DNA of 49,143 bases, from assembly GCF_004010195.1 (NCBI RefSeq), contig NC_057719.1:75221466-75270608 (forward strand). Reading direction: 5' to 3'. A program made the position numbers and the translations under genes. Numbering within the stretch: the stretch's first letter is position 1; the number at the start of each line of letters is the position of its first letter. Positions 13,813 to 24,470 of this stretch are shown here, one piece after another. Source of the DNA: Chiloscyllium plagiosum. Taxonomy: Eukaryota. The notes under the pieces were generated by a model. That model had not been told where the DNA came from. It worked only from the letters and a program-made list of their open reading frames with translations, and searched no databases.

Positions 13813-14057
13813 CATAGTAACATAGAAAATAGGTGCAGGAATAGGCCATTCAGCCTTTTAAGCATACACCACCAAGACCATGGCTGATTATGCCGCTTTC
13901 CCTACACACCTTTAGCCACAAGGACCAAGTCCAGCTCCCGCTTGAATATATCTAACGAGCTGGCCCCAGCAGCTTTCTGTGATAGAGACTTCCACAGATT
14001 CACAATTGAGTGAAGAAATTCTTCCTCATCTTGGTCCTGAATGGCTTACCCCTCAGT
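13813..14057 (-). mobile_element. short CR1 3' end inserted antisense into the host CR1
   Basis: LRGKPFRTKMRKNFFTQ on the minus strand. Splits the host motif SCLT|DLIEFF. Confidence 0.85.
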
Positions 14058-15007
14058 TTTACTGACTTGATTGAATTTTTCGAAGAGGTGCAAAGGTGAT
14101 CTACGAGTATAGAGCAGTGGATGTTGTCTACATGGATTCTATTAAGGCTTTTGATAAGATCCTTCCTTGATGGTAGATTCATCAAGAAGATTAAGATGCA
14201 TGGGATCCACAATGACTTGGCCAATTGGATTCAGAATTGGCTTACCCATAGAAGGCAGAAGGTAGTGGTGGAAAGATGTTTTACTGGCTGGAGGTCAGTG
14301 ACTAGTGGTGTTCTGCAGGGATCTGAGGATCTGTACTGGGACCCCTGCTGTTTGTGTTATATGTAAACAACTTGGACGAAAATGTAGATGGATGGGTTAG
14401 TCAGTTTGTAGACGGTGTAAAGATCAGTGGAGTTATGAATAGACTCAAAGGTTGTCAAAGGATACAGCAGGATATAGATCAGTTGCGGATATGGGCAGAG
14501 AAGTGGCAGATGGAGTTTAATCTGGGTAAGTGTGAGGTGCTGCATTTTGGGAGATCAAATGTTAAGGGAAAGTATACAGTTAATGGCAGTACCCTGAACA
14601 GCATTGATGTACAGAGGGATCTTAGGGTTCATGTCCATAGCTCCCCAAACTTGCCACACAATTATATAGGGTGGTAAAGAAGGCATATGGCATGCTTGCC
14701 TTTATTGGTTGGGGAATTGAGTCCAAGAATCAGGACGTCATGTTGCAGTTCTATAAGACTTTGGTTAGGCCACATTTAGAGTATTGCATTCAGTTCTGGT
14801 CGCCACATTACACGAAGGATTAGAGGGTATGAACTATAAGGAGAGGATAGAAAAACTCAGGTTGTTTTCTCTGGAGTGGCAGAGGCTGAGGGAACACTTG
14901 ATGGAATTTTATAAAACTATGATTGGGAGATGCTGGTGTTAGACTGGGGTGTACAAAGTTAAAAATCACACAACACCAGGTTATAGTCCAACAGGTTTAA
15001 TTGGAAG

Positions 15008-15042
15008 CACTAGCTTTCGGAACGCTGTTCCCTCATCAGATA
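15008..15042 (-). ncRNA. minimal hammerhead ribozyme motif, core intact
   Basis: Minus strand reads uau CUGAUGA g GGAAC agc GUUCC GAAA gcUA gug: core, 5-bp stem II, palindromic AGCU stem III and weak 3-bp stem I with wobble pairs. Confidence 0.65.
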
Positions 15043-15054
15043 GTTCATCACAAC

Positions 15055-15089
15055 CACCTGTTGAAGGAGCAGCGCTCCGAAAGCTAGTG
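15055..15089 (+). ncRNA. minimal hammerhead ribozyme motif, core mutated (A6>U)
   Basis: cac CUGUUGA a GGAGC agc GCUCC GAAA gcUA gug. Stem I is cac/gug. Confidence 0.55.
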
Positions 15090-16769
15090 CATCCAATTAA
15101 ACCTGTTGGACTATAACCTGGTGTTGTGTGATTCTTAACTTTATAAAATTATGAAATGCATCAATAGGGTTGATGGTCAAAATCTTTTGCCCAGAGTTGA
15201 AATGTCTAACACTAAGGGGTACCAATGTAAGAGGGGGAAAGTTCAAAGGAGACGTGTGGGACAAGTGTTTTACACAGAGAGTGGTAGGAGTCTGGGTCAC
15301 TGGGGTGGTAGTGGAGGCAAATACAACAGGGATGTTTAAGGAACTTTTAGATAAGTACACATAAAAAGACTGGAGGGATAGGACCAAGGGCAGGCAGAAA
15401 GGATTAATTTAATTTATGTACCATGTTCAACACAACGCCATGAGCCAAAGGGCCTATTCCTGTACTGTATTCTTCTATATTCTCTGTTCTGTGCTTTTGC
15501 TGGTTCATTCATATCTACCAGGTAAATTACTTGAAGTATCTATGCAGAAATGTCCAGCTGCATTTCATTGCTAACATGTCACACAAGAGGTCGGTGTGCC
15601 ATTATATGGAATTAATTTGGTTATATCGTTGAATTCTAATGATCCACATATATTTCCTTCAGAATTGGAACTGGTAAGATGTTTGCAGTAGCACTTGAGT
15701 CAATTTTGATCTTTAGTGCCTTTCATCCAAATTTCTTTGGCAAATGTGTCAATAGTCATAAAAACTTTAATAGTTTCATTTTGTCTGTACCCTACCACAT
15801 TTAGATGGAACAACTGTTCAACTACTGGTTGTGGTTTCTCCCACTCTGAATGTTGACACTTGTCATACTAATCTCACATCTATATTTGCTGTTGTGTCAG
15901 TCTGGCATGTTTCCAGTGTGGTGCATGTGTGCTTTGGTTGGTTGTGTCTAATGTAACATCTTTAAGCAAAATGTCAATGTTGAAAGGTCTTTTTGGAAAA
16001 TTTTGATTGACTTTGACCTGAGAACTAGCTCCATTACTTGCTCCAACACCCCGGCTTTTTAAAATATCAGTCACTCTTTTGTTACAGCGCCTAACGATAA
16101 ACTAATCAATTGATTCTTGTGATTGTTACCCTGTAAGACAGCAACTCTGAATTTCACTTTTATGTGAAACTGACTCTGCTGCATTTCCCATAGCTTAGCA
16201 GAATTCCTCTGGTCGTCTTGAGAGAGTCATTGATTCTCTGCAATCCTTAAATTAAAAATTTGGGGTTGGAGGAAACGCTAAAAGTTTCTTGCTAAATAAT
16301 CCCTCGACCTACTTTCCCCATATCTTCATGTTGTCATTCCCTTCCCAGCATCATTTCCCTGGCCCTGGGTCTCACAAGGATCCTGAGCTTTGAGGTGGGT
16401 ACATTCCAGGCAGCAGCCCTGCCAGCTCTCTATTGGCATTGCTGAGTAATAAAGAGGACCTGCTTCTGATGAACAGGCAGCACCCTGCCCACACGGCAGC
16501 ATCCATCCCTGTGTCTCCAGGCTGCCTGGCTTGCTGTGTGCTTCCAGCCTCCTGCCTGTCCACCATGTCTGCAGGAGCAAGGAAAACCAACAAAACCAGC
16601 CCTGGAGTGCTTTATCTCAGAAAAGGCCAACCATTGCCCAGTTATGTGTTAGATTGGCACTTAATGTGGCACGCCGTGGCAAAAGGCAATGACATGGGGC
16701 TCTTTTCAACTCTCCACTTGGCAGATGAGACTATTATCATCTAAGTTAAATCCCAGCCATTGCACACAC

Positions 16770-17315
16770 CAGTGAAAGGCACTTGTATTACAGGTGGCAC
16801 TATCTTTCTGATATAATGGTAAATTGTGGTGCTGTCCGGCTTTTCATAACAATATAAAAGATTTTGTTATGCTTATTTGGAAATGATTTCTCCAGGTTGA
16901 TGTGCCTGTCTTAGTTATTGACACGGGTACCTAATAACTTATAGTTCGTTCTGGTATAATACGCGTTTTGGTCATCGCGAATTGGCTATAATGCGATTGA
17001 CGAATTGTGGACACTGTTTGGATAATGTGAATTTTCTACTAAATGGGTATAACAATTTTCTATTAGTGATCTTCTCCAGTGCGGTTTTCCGTGGCGGTTT
17101 TCCATAGTGTGATTTTCTATTGTGCGAGGTTGTGTCGGAAAGCAACTGTCGTGTTATAGTTGAACGACCTGTGTTTAGTTGCTTTACACTTTGAACTGTG
17201 CATGATATGCATTGTGTTAATTTATAAAGCTATTTAGAAGTATTTTGCAGTCTGTCAACTGCTTTGGGACATCTAGAGAGTTGAAGAGTGTCGACAATTG
17301 TAAATGAAGTGCATT
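16770..17315 (+). mobile_element. very decayed DeuSINE-like element interrupted by a MITE
   Basis: The body piece before 16940 and the tail piece after 17175 (ctgtgcat..., gctttgggacatc) resemble 38805-39170. Confidence 0.35.
16942..17171. mobile_element. Tc1/mariner (pogo/Tigger-like) MITE
   Basis: Imperfect 22-bp TIRs: tagttcgttctggtataatacg versus the reverse complement caggtcgttcaactataacacg (16/22). Flanked by TA / TG. CpG-rich interior with short ttttc(c/t)a repeats. Confidence 0.6.
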
Positions 17316-17859
17316 CACTTTAGTGGAATGTCCAAGGTTGCTGTGGCCATAGAACCACATCACAGTGAGAGTTGGCATCTACAAGAGTAGAAGAGATCAA
17401 AACTGAAGTCAGGAATAAAAATAGTTTCCTAACATATAGAGCCTTGTCTTTCTCTGCCATTGCAACTCGGCAATTCACTGAGTTGCTCTTACCTGCAATG
17501 CTGCCTTGTTTGGGTGGTGTGGGAGTGTTGGGCAAGGTATCACCAATCCTACCACATTTACAATAGGTCCTGTGCTGCATTTATCTGTATAAGATCTCTA
17601 TGTCAAAGGTCCATGTGAAGACATTCTTGACTCTCCTTGTTGGAGTCCTCCATGTCTCACTGTGTGGAAGACTACGTGAAACTGTCTCTGATGTAAATGC
17701 TGATTGCTTATATTGCTAAGGACTTGTCTAATATTTCCCATTCAAGTTCATCATGGATCCCGCCACAACAGGGGTCATGTTGGTTGTGGCTGTAGTGCTA
17801 CGAAGGTGTAGAGACATTGAGGAGGACTAGATGTATCAGGAAGGCCTGGAACAGCACCA

Positions 17860-19100
17860 ACCTCCAGCAGATGCTGAGTAGCTTCCACATGAAGAAGGCA
17901 CAGTTGTGGGTCCTCCCAAGGTATGCAGGAGACACAGGAAGACCAGAATCTATTGTCCTCAATGGCATTTTCACCAGGTGAGCGAAGAGCAGTGTTGCCA
18001 AAGACTGCGGATATCCCCAGGACACTGGCACAGAACAATGCCAATTGTTGGATGGTACCTGTGGCCTGAAGGGGTGCATGACCATCCTATCCCAGTGGCC
18101 ATCAAGGCAACAACTAACTCAACTTTAATGTGACTTGCTGCTTCCAAGGATCACCTGTATGCAATCTCCCAATCTTTAACCCAACCCACAAATGTATCCA
18201 GATTGTTACTGATGCAATTTGTATCAGATCATGCCACTTCATTCCCATTTCCCCGTGACAAGGTCAGTGCTGTAGCCTGGACAATAGGCTCTACCAATGC
18301 AGCAAGTTTCTCACTCTTGCAGGGCACTAAATACATCACACTGAGAGCATCCTATCATAATGCAGACAGTGACAGACTTCATCAATTGAAGATTCCATTC
18401 CATCAATGTATTAATTATCTGTAAAAACCGCACATTCCACAGACAGCTGCTCTCACCCCATCCTGAGATCCACACTCAGTGCCCTGTGACATCACATGCA
18501 CACTCTAGACCTCTCTCTCCAACAGCACCACATTACACTGGCTCAGGGCTGCACTGCTCCACGGTTCCACTTCATCCTCTGGCTCATTCGACGTGTTAAC
18601 CAAGAAACCTTTTATTTTCCTTTCAGGTATCAAGGCTCACAAAGCAGTTCTGAGGAAGGGTCACCGGACCTAAAACATTAACTCTGACTTCTCTTCACAG
18701 ATGCTGTCAGACCTGTTGAGCTTTTCCAGCAACTTTTGTTTTAGAAATCTGTGCCCAGTAGCCTGGGAGCTACAATGATGTCTATACGCTTGAGTACCTC
18801 ATGCTCCTGCTTCATTTCAAAGGCTGGATGCCTTACAAGGATGGTAGCAGGCTGACAAGGGCTAACCTCTGCAACCGTGGTTGACAATCCTATTACACAA
18901 CTCACAGACTGAGGCCAAATGTAAACACAATGTAGTCCATTCTTGAACTAGAGCCACCATGGAACAGACAATAGGTCTCCTGAAGACGAGGCTCTGATGC
19001 TTGGATCAATCTCGGGTGGGAGCAGGAACCCTGCAGTATAGTGTTGACAGATGGTACCGCAAAATGCTAGTGCGCTGTCTCTGCACAATGGGAGCAGACA
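17860..19100 (+). pseudogene. decayed PIF/Harbinger DDE transposase (HARBI1-like family), interrupted by a PLE piece
   Basis: VSEEQCCQRLRIS..HPIPVAIKAT, AISQS..HKCIQIVTDAI, then ICAQ*PGSYND, QADKG*PLQPWL, TRATMEQTIGLLKTRL*CLD..GTLQYS. These match Harbinger PGSxHD, GDxGYPL and IExTIGLLKxRFRCL. Many stops and frameshifts. Confidence 0.85.
18425..18742 (+). mobile_element. internally deleted PLE: N-terminal ORF piece joined to a hammerhead-bearing pLTR end
   Basis: MHTLDLSLQQHHITLAQGCTAPRFHFILWLIRR followed by agtt CTGAGGA a GGGTC accg GACCT AAAA catt aact (18646-18683) and the tail acagatgctgtcagacctgttgagcttttccagc. Confidence 0.7.
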
Positions 19101-20451
19101 AAGAAGGCAAATGATGGACACTGAAAAGCTGCAGGAGGGGATATAGATTTCCAAGGATATAGATAGGGACATTGAATTGGAGGTACATCACCTTCAGGGT
19201 GACAGAGCACTGCAGCGCTGGCACAACAGGACTGATCTGAACTTGATTTCAATAGATGTGAGTTGGGTGCAGTGATTATTCACTGAATGTAAATTTGTTG
19301 ATCTTCAAAAGGTCAGCTGTCCCTGTTTGTACCTGAGAAGCAAATGCAGCTTGTCTTTTCTTTGCCTTTGCTATTGCCGAACTTTTAAAACTATTGGAAG
19401 GTTTTACAGTATGTGCTGGTCAACAATGAGGTGATGTTAGGCTACATTGGACATTGGAGGAAGAGCAACACTCCCTTAAAACATGGTTCTAAGGTGGGAT
19501 GACCATGTGTCGCTTGGGTCTTAAATAGCAATACATTTACTAATGCATCATTTTATTTGCAATAAAGTTGGGGGGTGGGGGTGTCAGTCAGGACATTTAT
19601 GTACCCTGAGAAGTATTTCTTTTTGGTTCATCTCCCACATCTACATGGCAGTGACTGACCTGCAGTGCAGCTGGTCTTTAAAAATGGCGCTGATACTGGG
19701 AGCTTCCAGCAGTGGAAGGTACTGGTGCCATTGCTCAGTGGAATATAGCCATAGCGTGCTACCATGGTGTATAGCTAATGAGGCGAACCATAGACAATAA
19801 CGTGAGAAAACTAGCTAGGGCACACAGAGAGCACTTTTTTGTGAAACTTGCCAAAATTGACGCTTAGCCAATCCATGACAAAATGCATCCCCCTATATTT
19901 TTGGCACTTTCCTGTTTGTCCTACACTAAACAGCGTTGTATTTTGAATATACTTTGCTCTCGTAACTCCAGTTTCAAGACCTCACTGATTCTGATTGATA
20001 CACACATTCCAATTTGTATCCCAAGGAGAATGGATAGAAAATTAAGTTACAAGCTGTTATTTTGTATTGATGCTGCAAATTCGTCTTTCAGAAGTTGCAA
20101 AGCGTTAGATCTCATTTTTGGTTTCGAATACTCGGCAAATTTTCCTTTCTGCATACAGTTTTCCTTTTGTAGATTTTCCTACCCACAGCAACTAGCTAGC
20201 CTGAATGTTCCAACTCACTCGCCGCCTCACTTGGCTCCTGGAGGCTGATGAATTACACCTTGTTCAGCACAATTGGAAACAGTTGCTGGGGCTTCCTGGA
20301 CTTGACAACCTGTCACATATATTAGAAAGTAACTGGGAATCACACCAGTGATTTTCAATAGGAAAATCAGACCAGACTGTGTTCACTGTTTGTCTATTAG
20401 CCACTGCAGGTGGTTGACAAAAGCTTAGGTATGGAGGATGGAGTGTCAGTG

Positions 20452-20741
20452 TCATAGAATTCCTACAATGTGGAAGCAGGCCATTTGCCCCACCCAATCC
20501 CTGCACTTCCCATGGCCAATCCACCTAGCCTGCACATCCCTGGAAGCTACAGATAATTTGTCATGGCCAGTCCACCTAACCTGCACGTCTTCGGACTGTG
20601 GGAGGAAACCGGAGCACTTGGAGGAAACCCACGCAGACACAGAGAGAATGTACAAACTCTACAGAGTTACCTGAGAGTGGAATCGAACCCAGATCCCTGT
20701 GCTGTCAGGGAGCAGCGCTAACCACTGAGCCACTGTGCCAT
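20452..20741 (-). mobile_element. HE1-type V-SINE
   Basis: Reverse complement has gcacagtggctcagtggttagc, ggttcgattcc and tgcgtgggtttcctccaagtgctccggtttcctcccacagtcc. Confidence 0.9.
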
Positions 20742-20773
20742 CCAAGTCTGCTGCATCCATTTTAAAATTCAGC

Positions 20774-21338
20774 TTGATGTCAACTCTCCAGCTAGACCTG
20801 AGGTGGTAGTCCAAGCTGTTCTCAGGGCTGTGATTCTCACAGCACACCAGTCCACACGTTAGAACATCAGGCCACTAACACACACAGACCAAGACTGAAG
20901 CTCGCTTTTGACTCCCGCCTCTGAGGATTCTGGAAAAGGTGGGGTTGGGGGATGATGCTCAAATGCAAATATGTCTCTCGCCCAGACAGCTGGACTGTTT
21001 TGCCATCATGTTCGCAGTCTGAGATACGCCTAGGGAATTATAAATTCAATTTGTACTGCATCTTTTTTCACTTTGCAGCTTTCCTTGACATTTTGTCACG
21101 TGTGACATTGCAGACTCTCTCTCTCTCTCTACAGACAGTCATCAAATTTACAACTGCAACCCAACTTCTGGCTGTGTGTACTTTAAAAACAATGCTGTAG
21201 CTAAAGATATGTATGTTCATAAGTGATAGAGTGCTGAAGTGTGGTCATCATAATGTGTGGACTGGTGTGCTGTGAGAGTCACAGCCTGAAGAACAGCTTG
21301 AACTGCTGCCTCAGGTCTAGCTGGAGAGTTGATATCAA
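20774..21338. repeat. 88-bp inverted repeat pair (20774-20861 / 21251-21338) with ~390-bp spacer
   Basis: ttgatgtcaactctccagctagacctgagg... matches the reverse complement of ...cctcaggtctagctggagagttgatatcaa, roughly 85-90% identical by eye. Confidence 0.9.
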
Positions 21339-21407
21339 CAAGTGTATCAAAACACATTTGTTATTGAGTTAAGAACATGACCAAATGCTTGCTAAACGAG
21401 ATATATT

Positions 21408-21592
21408 TCATAGAATCATAGCATCATAGAATCACAAAATTGGTACAATGAGGAAACAAGTCATCTGGCTCAACAAGTCCACACCAAGAATAACCCACCC
21501 TGCCCTATTACCCAACATTTACCCCTAACCCATATAACCCTGGACACGATGGGCAACTTAGCATGGCCATTCATCTAACCTGTGGGAGGAAA
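21408..21592 (-). mobile_element. HE1 SINE 3' fragment
   Basis: (catagaat)n tail, caacaagtccacacc, gggcaacttagcatggcca and tgtgggaggaaa. Confidence 0.75.
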
Positions 21593-21599
21593 TTGTACA

Positions 21600-22356
21600 G
21601 ATTCCATTCTATTCCCAGGCTCAGACATATCTGCTCCAATTGTGCCACTTTCCGCTGTGTTGCCATTGCTATGGCTTCCTTTTCCACAACTGAGAACATG
21701 CCCCCTGCAATCCTGCCATAGTTGTCAGGGCCCTTGGCTGTGTCCGATCAGTCTCCCACACTCTGCCCTCACCCCCTCCCCTCTCCCCCGAACAACAGTA
21801 GGATTCCACTGTTCCTTATTTGCAACATCACTTGTCTCCGCATTCAAAGGCTCATTCTCTGCTGTTTCTGCTGCTTTCAGCAGGATGCCACCACCCTTCC
21901 CTTCCCCTCCACTGTCAGCGTTCTGCAGGAGACCATTGTGAGTCCATCACTTCTAACACTGCCTTGCCATGCAAGCACAGAAGGTGTAACACTTGCCTAC
22001 TCATCTCCTGTCTCCTCACTGTCCATGGTCCCAGACAAGCCATCCAGGTGAAGAGCACTTCCTTCCATCTAGCCTGCTGTATTCACTGCTCACAGTGTGG
22101 TCTCCTTTACATTGGCAAGACCAGAGGCAGGTGGAGATGATCAATTTGCAGAAAACCTCCTGTTCTGTCCATACAAATGACCCTGACCTCCAAGTCGCTT
22201 GCTATTTCAATAAACCACCTAGGTCCCATGCTAACGTTTCCACCCTGGACCTGCTGCAGTCGTCCAATGCAACACAACCCAAGCTCGAGTCTTTTCTACT
22301 TTGACAATTTGTAGCATCCAGGATTCAATATTGAATTCCACAACTTCATAGCCTAA
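21600..22356 (+). pseudogene. PLE (Neptune-like) C-terminal fragment: thumb/linker, Cys motif, GIY-YIG endonuclease
   Basis: PCKHRRCNTC (Cys-rich linker), CCIHCSQCGLLYIGKT (GIY-YIG) and C-terminal GFNIEFHNF*. Frameshifted. Confidence 0.85.
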
Positions 22357-22435
22357 CGTTATGACATTTGTCATCCATTTTACTTACATCACTAGGCCCC
22401 CCAAGAATAGCGATTGTTTTCATGTTTTCCTTTGG

Positions 22436-22846
22436 ATAAAGTGAGGACTGCAGATGCTGGAGAGTCAAAGAGTGTGGCACTGGAAAAGCACAGCAGGTCA
22501 GGCAGCATCCGAGGAGCAGGAGAGTCGATGCTCCAGGCATAAGCCCTTCATCAGGAATGTGGAGGGGGGGAAGGGGCTGAGAGATAAATCAAAGGATGGG
22601 CATGAGGTTGTTGGGGTAGGTGGGATGGCGATAAGTGGGTGTGGGTAGGAGGTGATAATGATAGGTCGGAGCGGAGGGTGGAGCAGATAGGTGGGAAGGA
22701 ACAGGTGGGACAGTTCAAGAGGGCAGTGCCGAGTTAGAGGATTGGATCTGGGATGAGGTGGAGGAAGGGGAGAATTGGAAATTGGTGAAGTCAATGTTGA
22801 TGCTGTGTGATTGTAGGGTCCTGAGGCAGAAGATGAGGCATTTTTC
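22436..22846 (-). mobile_element. PLE 3' end with hammerhead-bearing pLTR, inserted antisense into the previous PLE
   Basis: Minus strand: EKCLIFCLRTLQSHSINIDFTNF, a C-rich UTR, then ttc CTGATGA a GGGC ttat GCCT ggag catc (decayed core, ~22525-22557) and the tail ctccagcatctgcagtcctcactt. Confidence 0.85.
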
Positions 22847-22849
22847 AAC

Positions 22850-23180
22850 TCATGCTTTCTTCAATAGACAGGATCAATTTTTCCCTTTCACACCTTAATT
22901 TACGTCCATTTCACATCTCCTTTTCTATTTCACCATGATTAACAATCCCTTTGTCTTTTGTACTGAGCCCTATACACCATTTTTTCACCTTGTTCCCCTG
23001 CCATGTCTGTCAAAAGTATAAAACAAAACACCATTTTCCAACACCTTTCAGTTTTGAAGAAGAATTATATTGGACTCGGATCATTCACTCGGTTTCTCTC
23101 TCCACAAATGCTGCCAGTCCTACCGAGTTTTTCCAGCTTCCTATGTTTGTCTCAGATTTCCAGCATCCACAATATTTTTT
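22850..23180 (+). mobile_element. PLE 3' UTR/pLTR with a highly decayed hammerhead (probable continuation of 21600-22356)
   Basis: agtt TTGAAGA a gaatt..gactc ggat catt cact (23050-23090), then ctctccacaaatgctgcc...cagatttccagcatccaca. Confidence 0.6.
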
Positions 23181-23689
23181 ATATATTTAACAAGCTTCTT
23201 AAAAGAGGAGAGTAGGGATTACTACTGAGCAAAAAAAACAGGATGATCATTTTGTCACAACTTCGGTATGAAGCAAACAGATGTATTAATATCCCTTTAA
23301 CATTCAACCATTTCAGCAGCAAATGTTGATTTAGTTTATCTTTAAAAGATATGAAATGGCCTGGAATAAAAAAAAACTTCATATATTTTGGCACCATATA
23401 TCATTATCCAACATAATCAATACACCTTAAAGTGCTGTTACGTCCATTCAAATCAGGATCTCAAACAGAGGAATTAACTGATAAAAAATAACCCAACAGT
23501 TTATGGAAGTTGCTGCCACCAGTCAACACAAAGACCTTGGCCTCAAGAATCACCATGAAATAATTGCGTGAGAAATACTTACAATGAAAATGGAGGGCTA
23601 TTTCAGCTGAATGGAGAAAGTGGGCCCAAAATGAGTGCAGTAGTTAGTCAGTAGTGGTAATGTCATGAGAGTAATAATGCAGATCCATT

Positions 23690-24470
23690 TACAGCTACTC
23701 AAAAGTGAAGTAATCTGTTTTAAATGCAGCAAGACTTGGGCAACATCCTGGCTTGGGCTGAGAAGTGGCAAGTATCATTCATGCTACACAACTGCCAGGT
23801 AGACACCATCTCCAATGAGAGAATCTACTCATGCCTCTTGCTATTCCATGATATTACCATCAGTGAATACCCCACTATTAATCCCCTGGGGTTACTATTG
23901 ACGAGAACCTGAACTGGGCTAGCTACTTAAATACTATGCCAACCCAAGAGTAGATCGGAGGCCGGGAATTCCATGGTGAGTAACTCACCTCTTCACTCCT
24001 CAAAGCCTGTCCACCATCAACACAAGTCAGGAGTGTGGTGGAACACTGCCCACTTGCCTGGATGAGTGCAGGACCAACAATACTCAAGAAACATGACGCC
24101 ATCTAGAACAAAGCAGCTCACTTGATTGTCACCCCTTTGCCACCATTAACACTCATTCCCTGCACCAACTCCCAATGCTCTTCCAATAGCACCTTCCCAA
24201 ACTGCAACCTCGAGCACGATGCTGGACAAAGGCAGCAGATGCATGGGAACACCATCACCAGCAAGATCCCCTCTGAGCCACACACCATCCTGACTTGGGA
24301 CTATAATTGCCATTCCTTGTGATGATGGGATGAAATCCTAGAATGTCTTTCCAAACAGTGCTAGCATTGTCCCAATCTAGCACAGACTGCAGCAGTTCCA
24401 GGCCACATCTCACCACCACCTACTCTGGAGTGAGAGGCATGGACAATGCAATAGTTAACAATGCTCCCAT
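23690..24470 (+). mobile_element. LINE 3' fragment (same family as 235-790)
   Basis: MQQDLGNILAWAEKWQVSF; aactcacctcttcactcctcaaagcctgtccacc is near-identical to 240-272. Confidence 0.85.

Larger units (their letters stand above)
14923..15142. mobile_element. palindromic PLE pLTR mini-element (same family as 13557-13768)
   Basis: Inverted arms 14955-15039 and 15058-15142 (85 bp each). TSD tttataaaaCtatga (14908-14922) / tttataaaaTtatga (15140-15154). Confidence 0.85.
12560..15492 (+). mobile_element. long decayed CR1 ORF2 fragment (RT to 3' tail) carrying nested insertions
   Basis: Ordered motifs EILNEYFVSVFT, IPDNWQVAKVVPLFKK, GFV..RSCLT|DLIEFFEE, GWRSVTSGVLQGS, WAEKWQMEFNLGKC, FTQRVVGVW. 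Tail tattcttctatattctctgttct. Confidence 0.9.
10190..16330 (-). mobile_element. decayed Ty3/Gypsy LTR retrotransposon gag-pol, split by CR1 insertions
   Basis: Minus-strand order: protease-like IDSSATANILP (~15660-15710), RT KKTGKIQTCLDPR..FFSKLDAKHRYWSIPL (12062-12259), PDP..TPQDKEDLQR..FNFLA (11092-11258), RNase H DPRKKTMVGVVASQEGL..MQDSKLVAFESKNL (10758-11105). This PR-RT-RH order fits Gypsy. Confidence 0.8.
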
